Made by a program: the position numbers and the translations under genes. From a virus (Duplodnaviria; Caudoviricetes): 55,287 nt of DNA. The notes below the pieces were generated by a model. The model saw nothing but the letters and a program-made list of their open reading frames with translations, was not told the DNA's origin and made no database searches. This document shows positions 1 to 9,321 of the stretch, piece after piece; the first letter of the stretch is position 1, and each line of letters starts with the position of its first letter. The stretch spans positions 1-55,287 of IMG/VR virus record IMGVR_UViG_3300024999_000131. One strand, written 5' to 3'.

Positions 1-1
1 T

Positions 2-727
2 AAAACTCAACCTCCAAAAGCAAAAGGAATTATAGTACATCAAGGTAGTAGTTCTTATTCTGATGGATATGTAGAAAAACCAGAGATTAAGGATAATGAA
101 ACAACTGTAAAACAAGGAGAGATTATTTTAAACAATGATCAACCTGTATTTTATATTGGATTTTCAGAAGTTGAGAAATACGAATATAAACTCAATGTAG
201 TAAAACACTATAATTTAAAAATAATTATTGCAAGAAATAAAATTGAGGAAGAAATTCTTAAAAACATGAAAGATTCTGATAATGTATTACATATTTCAGA
301 ACTAATTGAAGATGTAATAGTAACTGGAATATTGTCAGATACATCATTGAATATTAGAGAACATAGAGCGTTGATGTTATTTGACATGATTAGTAGGATG
401 GTAGGACTATCTTATAATGCTTTTGTAATAGGTAATTTAGCTGTTACAAAGAATATAAAGGTAGAAAGTTTAGATATTAATACTCAAATCATTGAAGATA
501 GTATTGTAATTATTAGAGATATTGATGCAAATAAAGTTTATGTAGATAGGAAAATTATTGACCAAACTAATCTAAGGGAAGATTTAGAAGTCAATTTGGA
601 TATCAGTGATTATAAATTTATTTTGGGAAATCTTTATAATATTGTTGAAGAACTTAGACTCTTAGAGCATAAAAATAAAGATGACTATATGAATACAATA
701 TTAAGTATTTTAGGAAGTTCAATATAA
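2..727 (+). CDS. Hypothetical protein, 5'-truncated by window edge
   Basis: Frame of ORF 266..727 stays open back to position 2 (KTQPPKAKGIIVH...). Confidence 0.7.
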   Translation, partial: KTQPPKAKGIIVHQGSSSYSDGYVEKPEIKDNETTVKQGEIILNNDQPVFYIGFSEVEKYEYKLNVVKHYNLKIIIARNKIEEEILKNMKDSDNVLHISELIEDVIVTGILSDTSLNIREHRALMLFDMISRMVGLSYNAFVIGNLAVTKNIKVESLDINTQIIEDSIVIIRDIDANKVYVDRKIIDQTNLREDLEVNLDISDYKFILGNLYNIVEELRLLEHKNKDDYMNTILSILGSSI

Positions 728-764
728 ACAAATTTAGATTTTGTTGTATTAAAGGAGAAGAAAA

Positions 765-926
765 ATGAATAAGAACATATTAGCAAAAAGCATAAGTGAA
801 ATAGCAACCAATATCAACACCATTATGGAACACATTAAAGAAGGAGACAGTGCTGAAGAATTAGAACTAAAAATATTAAACGAAACGATTAAACTTTATA
901 ATATTGCAGATATGATTTCTAATTAA
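765..926 (+). CDS. Small hypothetical protein (53 aa)
   Basis: AAAGGAG RBS then MNKNILAKSISEIATN...; below the ORF-track cutoff. Confidence 0.65.
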   Translation: MNKNILAKSISEIATNINTIMEHIKEGDSAEELELKILNETIKLYNIADMISN

Positions 927-944
927 GAAAGAAGGAAAACAAAA

Positions 945-1388
945 ATGTTAATCAATCAAATTAAATCAGACTCTCTCGAAGCACGTAAGGCACGACAAAC
1001 CAACACGGCCACATTATTAACAACCCTATATTCTGAAGCATCCATGATAGGAAAGAATGCCGGAAACAGAGAATCTACTGATGTAGAAGTATTACAAGTC
1101 ATTGAGAAGTTTGTTAAGAATGCAAATGAAGTTAAGGATATTCTTTTAAAAAATAATAAAGATGTAAGTCATGTAGATAATGAGATTAAAGTTTTGAGTA
1201 AATATTTGCCTCAGAAAATGAGCTATGAAGAACTTGGTCATACAATTAGAGGAATAATTAAAGGATTGAGAAAAGATAAGTCTCCAAAATTAATGGGAGA
1301 AGTTATGGGGATGCTTAAGATATTACACGGTGGGATGTATGATGGTAAAATGGCAAGTGAAATTGTTAAGAAGGGATTGAGTAATTAA
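945..1388 (+). CDS. GatB/YqeY domain protein
   Basis: MLINQIKSDSLEARKAR...EIKVLSKYLPQKMS...MGEVMGMLK...DGKMASEIVK is the typical YqeY pattern. Confidence 0.85.
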   Translation: MLINQIKSDSLEARKARQTNTATLLTTLYSEASMIGKNAGNRESTDVEVLQVIEKFVKNANEVKDILLKNNKDVSHVDNEIKVLSKYLPQKMSYEELGHTIRGIIKGLRKDKSPKLMGEVMGMLKILHGGMYDGKMASEIVKKGLSN

Positions 1389-1390
1389 TA

Positions 1391-1624
1391 ATGAATAAAG
1401 CAGAACTTTGGGATGAATTAAAATCCTATTTGGTAAAAGCAGTTCCTCAATTATATGATATGGCGTTTAAAGCAGGATATCATATAAGCGTAGAAAGACT
1501 TACTAATAAAGCAAGAGGTATGGATTTAGCTCTAATAAAGATGAATGAACTTGAAAGAGATTTATTAGACAAACAAGAAATTTGTATTGGATGCTCAAAT
1601 TGTGATAATCATTGGTATCACTAA
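1391..1624 (+). CDS. Hypothetical protein
   Basis: ORF closely following yqeY. Confidence 0.6.
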   Translation: MNKAELWDELKSYLVKAVPQLYDMAFKAGYHISVERLTNKARGMDLALIKMNELERDLLDKQEICIGCSNCDNHWYH

Positions 1625-1795
1625 CTTAAACTTAATATATCAGATGTAGTAGACACAAATGGGAAAGTAAGAGACAGAATAACTGTTCGAGAAAAGAAAA
1701 CTTCTAAACCAAAAACATTTCCTTTTAGTGCAAAAGTAATAGAATCTTTAACAGAATATATTGCTTCTCTAGATCCATCTCAGCATTGCAATTAG
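1625..1795 (+). pseudogene. Internal fragment of a tyrosine recombinase/integrase
   Basis: Translates as LKLNISDVVDTNGKVRDRITVREKKTSKPKTFPFSAKVIESLTEYI, matching the segment right after the catalytic GLRxSD motif, including the EKKT lysine hairpin of small Firmicute integrases; no start codon or RBS. Confidence 0.7.
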
Positions 1796-1958
1796 CAAAT
1801 AAATTGTGGTCAATATGTGATATTGCTGAGAATGGAAATTGTGATTATAGAATTGAAGAAAGATATAATCACTGTATTGAATGTATAATTATGAGAGCAG
1901 GAAAAGAACTAAGTAGATAAAAATATGCTTTAAGCTAATTGAAATGGAGGTTAAATTT

Positions 1959-2195
1959 ATGATATTAGTCGGAATTGATATTGGTTTATGTATTGGTTTT
2001 GGATTCGCATTTTGGAAATTATATTCATATAGAAAGATGTTGGTCTCAAAATCTGTTAAAGGAAATAGAACATCTGAAAAAATTGGTGATGAATTTTATT
2101 ATATTGTACCTGCTGATGAATATATAGAAATGGAACAATTAGCATTGTTTAGGAAGATGGATGAATTTAAAGCAAAGGAGAGATTAAATGATTAA
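1959..2195 (+). CDS. Hypothetical membrane protein
   Basis: GGAGG RBS before ATG 1959; N-terminal hydrophobic segment. Confidence 0.65.
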   Translation: MILVGIDIGLCIGFGFAFWKLYSYRKMLVSKSVKGNRTSEKIGDEFYYIVPADEYIEMEQLALFRKMDEFKAKERLND

Positions 2196-2511
2196 CTTAT
2201 ACCTTGATGATTTACGTCCTTGCCCTGAACGCTTTATTTTGGCAAAAAATGCTCTAGAGTGTCGTTTATTGCTATTAAGTAACGATGTAAATATTCTATC
2301 ACTTGACCATGACTTAAGTGAAACTGAGACAGGTTATGACTTATGTAAATGGCTCGTTGAAGCAGGACAATATAATCCAAATATTTATCCTAAAGTAATC
2401 TATCTTCATACAGCAAATGGAGTAGGTAGAGATAATATGTTTAAACTGTTAGAGAGATATAAACCTGATTGGGTTAAGTTACATCGTGGGCCTATTCCAA
2501 ATAATGATTAA
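2188..2511 (+). CDS. Cyclic-phosphate processing receiver-like domain protein
   Basis: LYLDDLRP...LSLDHDL...TGYDLCKWL...LHTAN motif pattern. Confidence 0.75.
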   Translation: MINLYLDDLRPCPERFILAKNALECRLLLLSNDVNILSLDHDLSETETGYDLCKWLVEAGQYNPNIYPKVIYLHTANGVGRDNMFKLLERYKPDWVKLHRGPIPNND

Positions 2512-2522
2512 CAAAATTAAAA

Positions 2523-2551
2523 GGAGAAGACGTAGGGTTTCCGTCTTCTCC
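2523..2551 (+). other. GC-rich hairpin
   Basis: GGAGAAGACG-tagggtttc-CGTCTTCTCC, perfect 10-bp stem with no U-tract. Confidence 0.7.
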
Positions 2552-2667
2552 ACAAACGTGAAAACTTGTATTAAATATAGTATAACCACTGTAAACTATT
2601 TTATACATTAGAAAACTAATTTAATAATCATAGAAAACGACAATTTGAAAGGATGAGGTGAAATACA

Positions 2668-2874
2668 TTGTTTGCTATTTTAAATTGGTTTGATGATCCG
2701 AGATTAAGCGAAGTAGAAAAAGTTGAAAAAGGAGACAGGGTAAAGTCTGTTGTAAATGATTTTAATTTAACCGAAGACAAAGAATATGAAGTTATCGAAG
2801 TGAATAGCCCAACGATGATTACAATTATGAATGATGCTAATAAATTTGATATAATATACTGTAGAATATTTTAA
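2668..2874 (+). CDS. Hypothetical protein
   Basis: GAGGTG RBS, TTG start. Confidence 0.55.
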   Translation: MFAILNWFDDPRLSEVEKVEKGDRVKSVVNDFNLTEDKEYEVIEVNSPTMITIMNDANKFDIIYCRIF

Positions 2875-2924
2875 ATTATAGTTCGAAATACAGAATTTAT
2901 GTTATTAGAAAGGGATGGTAAATT

Positions 2925-3101
2925 ATGAAAATAAAATGGCAGTTATTTAAACTAAGTATACAAAGCAAGTTATTTAAATCATTATCAATACTTATTAAAC
3001 TATTTGGATGGGCTATAGTTGGATTGATATATGCGATAATTTTCGGAGGGATATTAGCCTTGTTTGCTATACCAATTGTATTGTTATTTAAATTAATTTA
3101 A
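2925..3101 (+). CDS. Small membrane protein (58 aa)
   Basis: AAAGGGATGG RBS; MKIKWQLFKL...GWAIVGLIYAIIFGGILALFAIPIVLLF. Confidence 0.6.
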   Translation: MKIKWQLFKLSIQSKLFKSLSILIKLFGWAIVGLIYAIIFGGILALFAIPIVLLFKLI

Positions 3102-3120
3102 ATTAAAGGAGAGATATTAA

Positions 3121-3315
3121 ATGAAAGAATTTAAATTAATCCAATATAAAGAATGTCCATCATGTGGATTCAATATTAAACCAGAAGTTAAACATGCATA
3201 TGATAATAATTGGTGTCCTCATTGTGGTTTTGGTTATAAAGAAACAATTCAAAGAAAAGAACCAGAATATGTTAGTAGTGGGCATGATGATGCAGTTAGA
3301 AGTGGATTATTATAA
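3121..3315 (+). CDS. Zn-ribbon small protein
   Basis: CPSCG...CPHCG; AAAGGAG RBS. Confidence 0.65.
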   Translation: MKEFKLIQYKECPSCGFNIKPEVKHAYDNNWCPHCGFGYKETIQRKEPEYVSSGHDDAVRSGLL

Positions 3316-3331
3316 TTAGGAGTGATTAATT

Positions 3332-3583
3332 ATGTGTTATGGAACTTGCAATTTTGAAGAGTATATGGGTGAATGCGGTGTCTATGGAATTAGTAATCAA
3401 ATTAAAATTGAGTTAGGCTTTACTCCTTGTTTTATTGGTGGACATGTGATCTGCAAAGAAGAAGATGAATATTATCAAGGATTATTAAAACAAGGTAAAA
3501 TTAAAGAGTTGAATGAAAAAGTATGGAATATGAGATTCCCTGTAAAGGTTTCTAGTAGGATTTATGAATATGTGAAAGTATAA
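3332..3583 (+). CDS. Hypothetical protein
   Basis: AGGAGTGA RBS. Confidence 0.6.
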   Translation: MCYGTCNFEEYMGECGVYGISNQIKIELGFTPCFIGGHVICKEEDEYYQGLLKQGKIKELNEKVWNMRFPVKVSSRIYEYVKV

Positions 3584-3590
3584 AGGAGGA

Positions 3591-3683
3591 CTATTTACTC
3601 AAGTAATAAATCAACGTGCCTATAAATGGGGTAGCAATAACAATCAGACCTAAAATTATAATCACAATTCTTTTAATATCCAT
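3591..3683 (-). CDS. 30-aa single-TM peptide on the opposite strand
   Basis: Translates as MDIKRIVIIILGLIVIATPFIGTLIYYLSK*; GAAGGGA lies upstream but at long spacing. Confidence 0.45.
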   Translation of the reverse strand: MDIKRIVIIILGLIVIATPFIGTLIYYLSK

Positions 3684-3825
3684 AATATTTCTACTCTAAT
3701 TCCCTTCTATTTATAGTTAAAAAGACCCTGCTCAAGAGCAAGGTTGGATGTAGGACGAGAATGAATTTAGTACGAGATTATCATATCCAAGTCAGGGATA
3801 ATTATACAGAAAGGAGAGAATAAAA

Positions 3826-3993
3826 ATGAATAAATTTATGTTTGTTTTTGAATTGAATTCTGAAGAACAAGATAATTTATGGATACATAGCGAATGCCCA
3901 AAATGTAAAAGCTCTATTATTGAAAAGAGTATGAATTGCGATGAAGCTTACTGGAAATGTTCGAGATGTGATATTCTCTATATAATTGAATAA
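3826..3993 (+). CDS. Zn-ribbon small protein (55 aa)
   Basis: AAAGGAG RBS; CPKC...CSRC. Confidence 0.6.
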   Translation: MNKFMFVFELNSEEQDNLWIHSECPKCKSSIIEKSMNCDEAYWKCSRCDILYIIE

Positions 3994-4035
3994 ATAAATA
4001 TAACACATAAGGAATGAAATGGAGGGGCGATTAAA

Positions 4036-4248
4036 ATGAAATGTATAAGAAATAATTGTAGAATGCCACATTTCTCAGGTGAGTGTGGATTCTGCAATGA
4101 ACTAGAAACATTTATTTTTGGTAGTGAAGCAGAATGTCCTTTACCTGATAAGATTTTGCAACTTGAGAAGCAATTGAGAGAATATAATTGCATTATGGAT
4201 AAGGTGATTGTTTATCATGCTAAGAATAATGGCGAAAAGGAAGTATAA
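4036..4248 (+). CDS. Cys-rich hypothetical protein
   Basis: GGAGG RBS. Confidence 0.6.
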   Translation: MKCIRNNCRMPHFSGECGFCNELETFIFGSEAECPLPDKILQLEKQLREYNCIMDKVIVYHAKNNGEKEV

Positions 4249-4250
4249 GT

Positions 4251-4844
4251 ATGAGCGTAGTTGTAGCAATTAAAGATGGAGATAAAATTTGGTTAGGTTG
4301 TGATAGTCAAGTTACATACGGTTATACAAAGTCTACACTTAAATCACAAAGAAAAATATGGAGAGTAGGAGATGAAGATAATTTAGTTATGGGGTTAGTA
4401 GGTGTTTGTAGAGACATGGACATATTATCTACATCAGAGGATTGGATTGAAGAATTGCCCAAATTAAAGAATGAAGTAAATTTTAAATATGTAGTTAGAA
4501 AAGTTGTTCCAAAGATTTTTAGTGAGTTAAATAAATTTGGCAGAATGGAAATAAAGAATAATCAATGGTATATAGATTCTAGTGTAACATTTGCTTATAA
4601 AGATAGTGCTTATCAAATTGGTCATAATGGAGAAGTTATGGAAATTGATGATATTTTAATTAGTGGTTCTGGGCGTAATTTGGGTATAGGAGCATGGAAT
4701 GGATTGAAAGATAATAAAGAAATGAGTATTAAGGATAAGTTAATACAAGTGGTTAGGTCTGCTTGTGAAAGTGATTTATATGTTAATTATCCAATTATTA
4801 TTATGAATACAATAGATAAAGAAGAAATTATAATTGAGAAGTAA
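4251..4844 (+). CDS. Ntn-hydrolase, proteasome beta-subunit/HslV-like protein
   Basis: N-terminal (M)SVVVAIK...LGCDSQVT, K of RKIW, and a late SGSG motif fit the proteasome-fold pattern. Confidence 0.65.
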   Translation: MSVVVAIKDGDKIWLGCDSQVTYGYTKSTLKSQRKIWRVGDEDNLVMGLVGVCRDMDILSTSEDWIEELPKLKNEVNFKYVVRKVVPKIFSELNKFGRMEIKNNQWYIDSSVTFAYKDSAYQIGHNGEVMEIDDILISGSGRNLGIGAWNGLKDNKEMSIKDKLIQVVRSACESDLYVNYPIIIMNTIDKEEIIIEK

Positions 4845-5038
4845 AGAGAATGAAAATGATAAAATTAGATTCTTATAATTGGCAAGATGCAGAGTGGTGG
4901 TATGAAGATGAACCAGAAGTATTTGAGTTTATGCGAGAAAATGAAGATATGATTATTCAATATTCTTTAGAAAATGGAATGAATATTAGGAATGGTATTG
5001 AGTATTTGTTTAAAATTAGGGACTAGGAGGGAATTAAA

Positions 5039-5374
5039 ATGGATGATGAGTTAATAGAATATTTTATTGTAAACTCTGAATTAAACATGAGTCCTGGCAA
5101 GATAACAGCACAAGTAGCTCATGTTGCTACAATTATTGCAGTAGAATTTACTGAATTTGATGATGATTTTAATGCTTGGTACACAAAAGATCAAAAGAAA
5201 ATAATATTAAGAGGCAAACAAAAAGATTTAGAAAAATTAGTAGATCAAAGATTTTATTATATTAGAGACAATGGACTAACTGAAATTCCGCAGGGAAGTC
5301 TTACAGTAGTAGGTCTTCCACCTATGTTAAAAAGTGATGCAAGAAAATATGTTAAGAGATTACAGTTACTATGA
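5039..5374 (+). CDS. Peptidyl-tRNA hydrolase, Pth2 family
   Basis: LNMSPGKITAQVAH...QKKIILR...IRDNGLTEIPQGSLTVVGLPP...VKRLQLL. Confidence 0.85.
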   Translation: MDDELIEYFIVNSELNMSPGKITAQVAHVATIIAVEFTEFDDDFNAWYTKDQKKIILRGKQKDLEKLVDQRFYYIRDNGLTEIPQGSLTVVGLPPMLKSDARKYVKRLQLL

Positions 5375-5407
5375 AAAATGTATTTGAAAGGAAGGTAGGA
5401 AATTAAT

Positions 5408-5668
5408 TTGTATATGGGAAGAAAATCAGATTATGCAATGATGATATTATATACTGTAGGTTTAGATATAAGAAGGGTATTTAAAAAGATATTTGGTTAT
5501 TGTGATTATTGTCATAAGTATTTTCTTTATCCACAAAGAAGACATATGAATACAATGTATGAAAATGAAGAATCTAATTATTGTACTTGTTGTGAAAGTT
5601 GTTTTGACCAAATAGAAGAATATTGGGCAGAACGTTGGAAGGAGTACAACGATAGTAGAGGTTGTTAG
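5408..5668 (+). CDS. Cys-rich hypothetical protein
   Basis: ORF with RBS; CDYC/CCESC. Confidence 0.6.
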   Translation: MYMGRKSDYAMMILYTVGLDIRRVFKKIFGYCDYCHKYFLYPQRRHMNTMYENEESNYCTCCESCFDQIEEYWAERWKEYNDSRGC

Positions 5669-5712
5669 GTTAATCACAGCAAATCAGAATTTTAATTGAA
5701 AGGAGGTATATT

Positions 5713-6039
5713 ATGAAATTCTCATGCCCAGTAAATTGTAAATTAGACGATTGCTCATCAAAAGAATATGGTTTAACTTGCGATACATGCTTTCATTCTT
5801 ATAAAAATAAATATAATTCACCAGATTACAATTCAATATCTTGTAAAGAGTTTGGTCAATCAGATGGAATGAATGGTTCTTGTCATTATTGTTTGAAAGA
5901 AACTCCTTACCAGTGGGAAATGTGTAGTGATGAATCTTGGAAAAAGAGTTTGATGAGAGCATCAAGTAGGATTCCTAATTGTTCGGAATGTTATGCTATT
6001 GAATTTATAAATAACTATAAGAGTAAATATTGTAAATAA
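5713..6039 (+). CDS. Cys-rich hypothetical protein
   Basis: AAAGGAGG RBS. Confidence 0.65.
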   Translation: MKFSCPVNCKLDDCSSKEYGLTCDTCFHSYKNKYNSPDYNSISCKEFGQSDGMNGSCHYCLKETPYQWEMCSDESWKKSLMRASSRIPNCSECYAIEFINNYKSKYCK

Positions 6040-6053
6040 GGGAGGAATAAGAA

Positions 6054-6251
6054 ATGAGTAAACCATTAATTGAACTTATAGTTTGTGAATCTGGGGATTG
6101 GGAAGTATTAAGAGTTAATTTTGGCGAAGATTTTAAATGCGAAGGTCACTCAATATCTAATTATGGGTGGATTGGTTTATTAGAAATATTGGGTTTTGAA
6201 GTTGAGGTTAAGGAAATATCGGATAAAGACATGGAAGATGAGAGATATTAA
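6054..6251 (+). CDS. Hypothetical protein
   Basis: GGAGG RBS; GDWEVLRVN...EGHSI resembles ORF 20090. Confidence 0.65.
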   Translation: MSKPLIELIVCESGDWEVLRVNFGEDFKCEGHSISNYGWIGLLEILGFEVEVKEISDKDMEDERY

Positions 6252-6289
6252 AGCATTTCAATGAGAAGTTTAGACGAAATTTAGAAAGG

Positions 6290-6574
6290 ATGAAAGTAAA
6301 GATGGCAAGAATTTATTATAAAAAAGATGAACTTTTAAAAGAAAGAGTTAAAGTAGAACAGGGTGATTTTGTTTATTGTAAAGCTCATGGAGGAGCTTGT
6401 AGTTTTTGGGGAATATATGGATCACAAATTGGCATTGTTAGCTTAGATGGAGGAGGTAATGGATATATTCCAGATGAGGATGGGATATATCTAGGAGAGA
6501 TTTATCATTATTGGTTAATAGATAAAATAATTCCTTGCAATAATGCACAAATAACTATTGATGAACTTGAATAA
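6290..6574 (+). CDS. Hypothetical protein
   Basis: ORF track; AAAGGA RBS. Confidence 0.6.
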   Translation: MKVKMARIYYKKDELLKERVKVEQGDFVYCKAHGGACSFWGIYGSQIGIVSLDGGGNGYIPDEDGIYLGEIYHYWLIDKIIPCNNAQITIDELE

Positions 6575-6617
6575 GTACTTGGAATTTGTGAATTCATTCT
6601 AAATGAAAGGAGAAAAT

Positions 6618-6914
6618 ATGAAAAAATTAATATGTGCAACTTTAATTACAGTATTTTTATTAACCGGATGTGGATCTTATAGAGGTGATTTAGTCGAGCA
6701 AAAGTTGGTGATGACTCAGGTTGTAAGTAAGGATAAAAGATGGGTTGGTAAATTCTATTGTTATTATGTAACTGTAAAATATGAAGCCTTAGAAGTAGAA
6801 CTAAACAGTTCGAGACTATATAACATTGTGAATCCTGAAGATAATCTGCAAATGCTGTATAGTAAATATAAAAATGATGGTGGATATTTAGTAGAATTAG
6901 AATCACCTCAATAA
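6618..6914 (+). CDS. Putative lipoprotein
   Basis: MKKLICATLITVFLLTG-C lipobox; AAAGGAG RBS before ATG 6618. Confidence 0.75.
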   Translation: MKKLICATLITVFLLTGCGSYRGDLVEQKLVMTQVVSKDKRWVGKFYCYYVTVKYEALEVELNSSRLYNIVNPEDNLQMLYSKYKNDGGYLVELESPQ

Positions 6915-6937
6915 CAATAAACTTAAATATAATTTAT

Positions 6938-6990
6938 TTGACAACGACTTCATTTGTGTGGTATCATAAGACATAGACATAAATGAAGTC
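6938..6990 (+). promoter_or_regulatory. SigA-type promoter upstream of ligA, overlapped by an inverted repeat
   Basis: TTGACA(6938)-18 nt-TATCAT(6962) with TG extension; IR GACTTCATTTGTGT / ACATAAATGAAGTC. Confidence 0.6.
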
Positions 6991-7022
6991 TAAATTTTTA
7001 ATAAGAAAGAGGAGAGATATTA

Positions 7023-8984
7023 ATGGAAAAGATTCAAAGAATACAAAAATTAGTTAAGGAACTCAATGTAGCCTGTGACGCTTATTATGTTAAAGATAAT
7101 CCAATCATGTCAGACAAACAATATGATGCCTTGTACGATGAATTAACAGCCTTACAGAACGAAACAAACTACATATTATCCTCATCACCAACACAGAAAG
7201 TTCAAGGTACGGTTATCGATTCATTAAAAAAAGTACAACATACAGAACCAATGTTATCGGCTGAAAAATCAAAAGATATTAGTGATGTGATTAAATTCAT
7301 GGGGAATCAAGACTGTGTTTTATCATGGAAACTAGACGGCCTGACGTTAGTTTTAAGATACAATGAAGGTAAGCTTCAACAAGCAATTACCAGAGGTGGA
7401 GGAGATGAAGGGGAAGACGTAACCCATACAGTAAAAACTTTTTCAAACGTTCCTCTAACAATTGACTATACTGGATATTTAGAAATTCGTGGAGAGGGAT
7501 TAGTTACTTTTAAAGACTTTGAGAGAATTAATGAAGAGTTAATAGTTAATGGGGAAGAACCTTATTCAAGTCCAAGAAACTTAGCTGCTGGATCGGTAAG
7601 ACAATTGAATGCCAACATTACTAAAAAGAGGAATCTACTTTTTATTGCTTTTGGAATTGTGAAGTGTGAAAATATTTTAGATTTTAAACATGAACAATTT
7701 GAATTTTTAGCAAAACAAGGATTTAGTATAGTGGAAGCAGTCAATATAAATAAAAAAGAAATTGAGGAATATGTAGAACTATTTAAAAGTAAACTTGAAA
7801 ACCTCCCTTATCTTACTGATGGATTAATTATTGAATTTGATGATATTATTTATGGGAAAGCACAAGGTTTTACTGGCCACCACACCAAAAACCTCTACGC
7901 CATGAAATGGAACGACGACTGTTTTGAGACAACATTTAAATTTGTTGAATTAAATACAACAAGAACTGGTATAGCATCTGTGACAGCAATATATGAAGAA
8001 GTTGATTTAGATGGAGCAATGAATACGAGAGCTAGTTTGCACAATTATGATATCTTTGAAGATTTTCAATTAGGGGTAGGAGATATTCTTACTATTTATC
8101 GTGCAAATGGAGTTATACCTCAAGTTGAAGACAATTTAACACGTTCTGGAACATACAAAATTGATATGATATGTCCATCGTGCGGAGGAGAACTTGTGAT
8201 TAGAGCACCAAAAGAAGCAAGGTTCTTATTCTGTGACAATGAAGATTGCCCTGCACAATTGGTCAATAAATTTGTTCACTATTGTTCAAAAGTCGGTATG
8301 AATGTGGATGGATTTTCTGATGCAGGAATAGAACTTTTTATTAATGAAGGATTTTTAAAAACATTTGCTGATATTTATAAACTAGAACAATATAAAAGCA
8401 AAATTGTAAAATTAGAAGGTTGGGGAGCAAAAAGCTATAATAAATTAATTCAAGCAATTGAGAAATCAAAGAGTGTTAAGATGGAAAATTTCTTATACGC
8501 TCTTGGGATTAATAATGTAGGAATTGGAGGGTCAAAAAGACTAACAGAACATTTTAGTAATGACATTAATAAATTATTTGAAGCAATTGAAAGTCATTAT
8601 AATTTTAGTCAGATTGTAGACTTTGGTGAAATTACCGCACAATCAATTCATGATTATTTTAATAAACCACAACATAATAATGTGGTTAGTGAATTAATTG
8701 ATTATGTCAAATTTATTAAAGAAGAAAAGAAGGAAGTGTTAAATGTGGATAGTTTCCTAAATGGTAAAAAATGTTATTGCACTGGCAGTTTTCAGTCGTA
8801 CAAGAAGGAAGAATTAAAAAGTATTGTCGAAGGTTTAGGTGGTATTTTTACAGGAGGATATGTAAAATCTTTGGATTACTTAGTGGTGGGAAAATTAAAA
8901 GGATCTTCAAAGGAAGCAAAAGCATTAAAAGATGGAATTAAAGTTTTACAAGAAGATGAATTTTTATCAATGATTGGAGAATAG
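7023..8984 (+). CDS. ligA: NAD-dependent DNA ligase
   Basis: KLDG adenylation motif, EIRGE, PRNLAAGSVRQL, Zn finger CPSC..C..C, HhH repeats, C-terminal BRCT. Confidence 0.97.
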   Translation: MEKIQRIQKLVKELNVACDAYYVKDNPIMSDKQYDALYDELTALQNETNYILSSSPTQKVQGTVIDSLKKVQHTEPMLSAEKSKDISDVIKFMGNQDCVLSWKLDGLTLVLRYNEGKLQQAITRGGGDEGEDVTHTVKTFSNVPLTIDYTGYLEIRGEGLVTFKDFERINEELIVNGEEPYSSPRNLAAGSVRQLNANITKKRNLLFIAFGIVKCENILDFKHEQFEFLAKQGFSIVEAVNINKKEIEEYVELFKSKLENLPYLTDGLIIEFDDIIYGKAQGFTGHHTKNLYAMKWNDDCFETTFKFVELNTTRTGIASVTAIYEEVDLDGAMNTRASLHNYDIFEDFQLGVGDILTIYRANGVIPQVEDNLTRSGTYKIDMICPSCGGELVIRAPKEARFLFCDNEDCPAQLVNKFVHYCSKVGMNVDGFSDAGIELFINEGFLKTFADIYKLEQYKSKIVKLEGWGAKSYNKLIQAIEKSKSVKMENFLYALGINNVGIGGSKRLTEHFSNDINKLFEAIESHYNFSQIVDFGEITAQSIHDYFNKPQHNNVVSELIDYVKFIKEEKKEVLNVDSFLNGKKCYCTGSFQSYKKEELKSIVEGLGGIFTGGYVKSLDYLVVGKLKGSSKEAKALKDGIKVLQEDEFLSMIGE

Positions 8985-9111
8985 AAAAATAATATGGAAG
9001 TATGAAATTACACCTTCCAAATGCTCTCTCATGCTTCCATATACTCCATATTCCTAACGCAAAATTGCCTACAATTAAAATAACTATTTCCTCGGATAAA
9101 GAAAGGATGAA

Positions 9112-9321
9112 GTGAATAAAATGAAATGCATATGTGGAAACCCCTTACAATTTTCAGACAATAGTGTTGAGACGGAAGATGGTAAATATGGAGAGATACG
9201 TCCTGTATATTATTGTGATACATGTAATGTAGTTTATGATGGTTATGAATTAGATTGTGAAGATAACTATACTATTATTTCAAACAAATATGTTAAGTGG
9301 TTTGATAAACACAATACTTAA
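9112..9321 (+). CDS. Zn-ribbon small protein
   Basis: CICG...CDTC. Confidence 0.55.
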   Translation: MNKMKCICGNPLQFSDNSVETEDGKYGEIRPVYYCDTCNVVYDGYELDCEDNYTIISNKYVKWFDKHNT

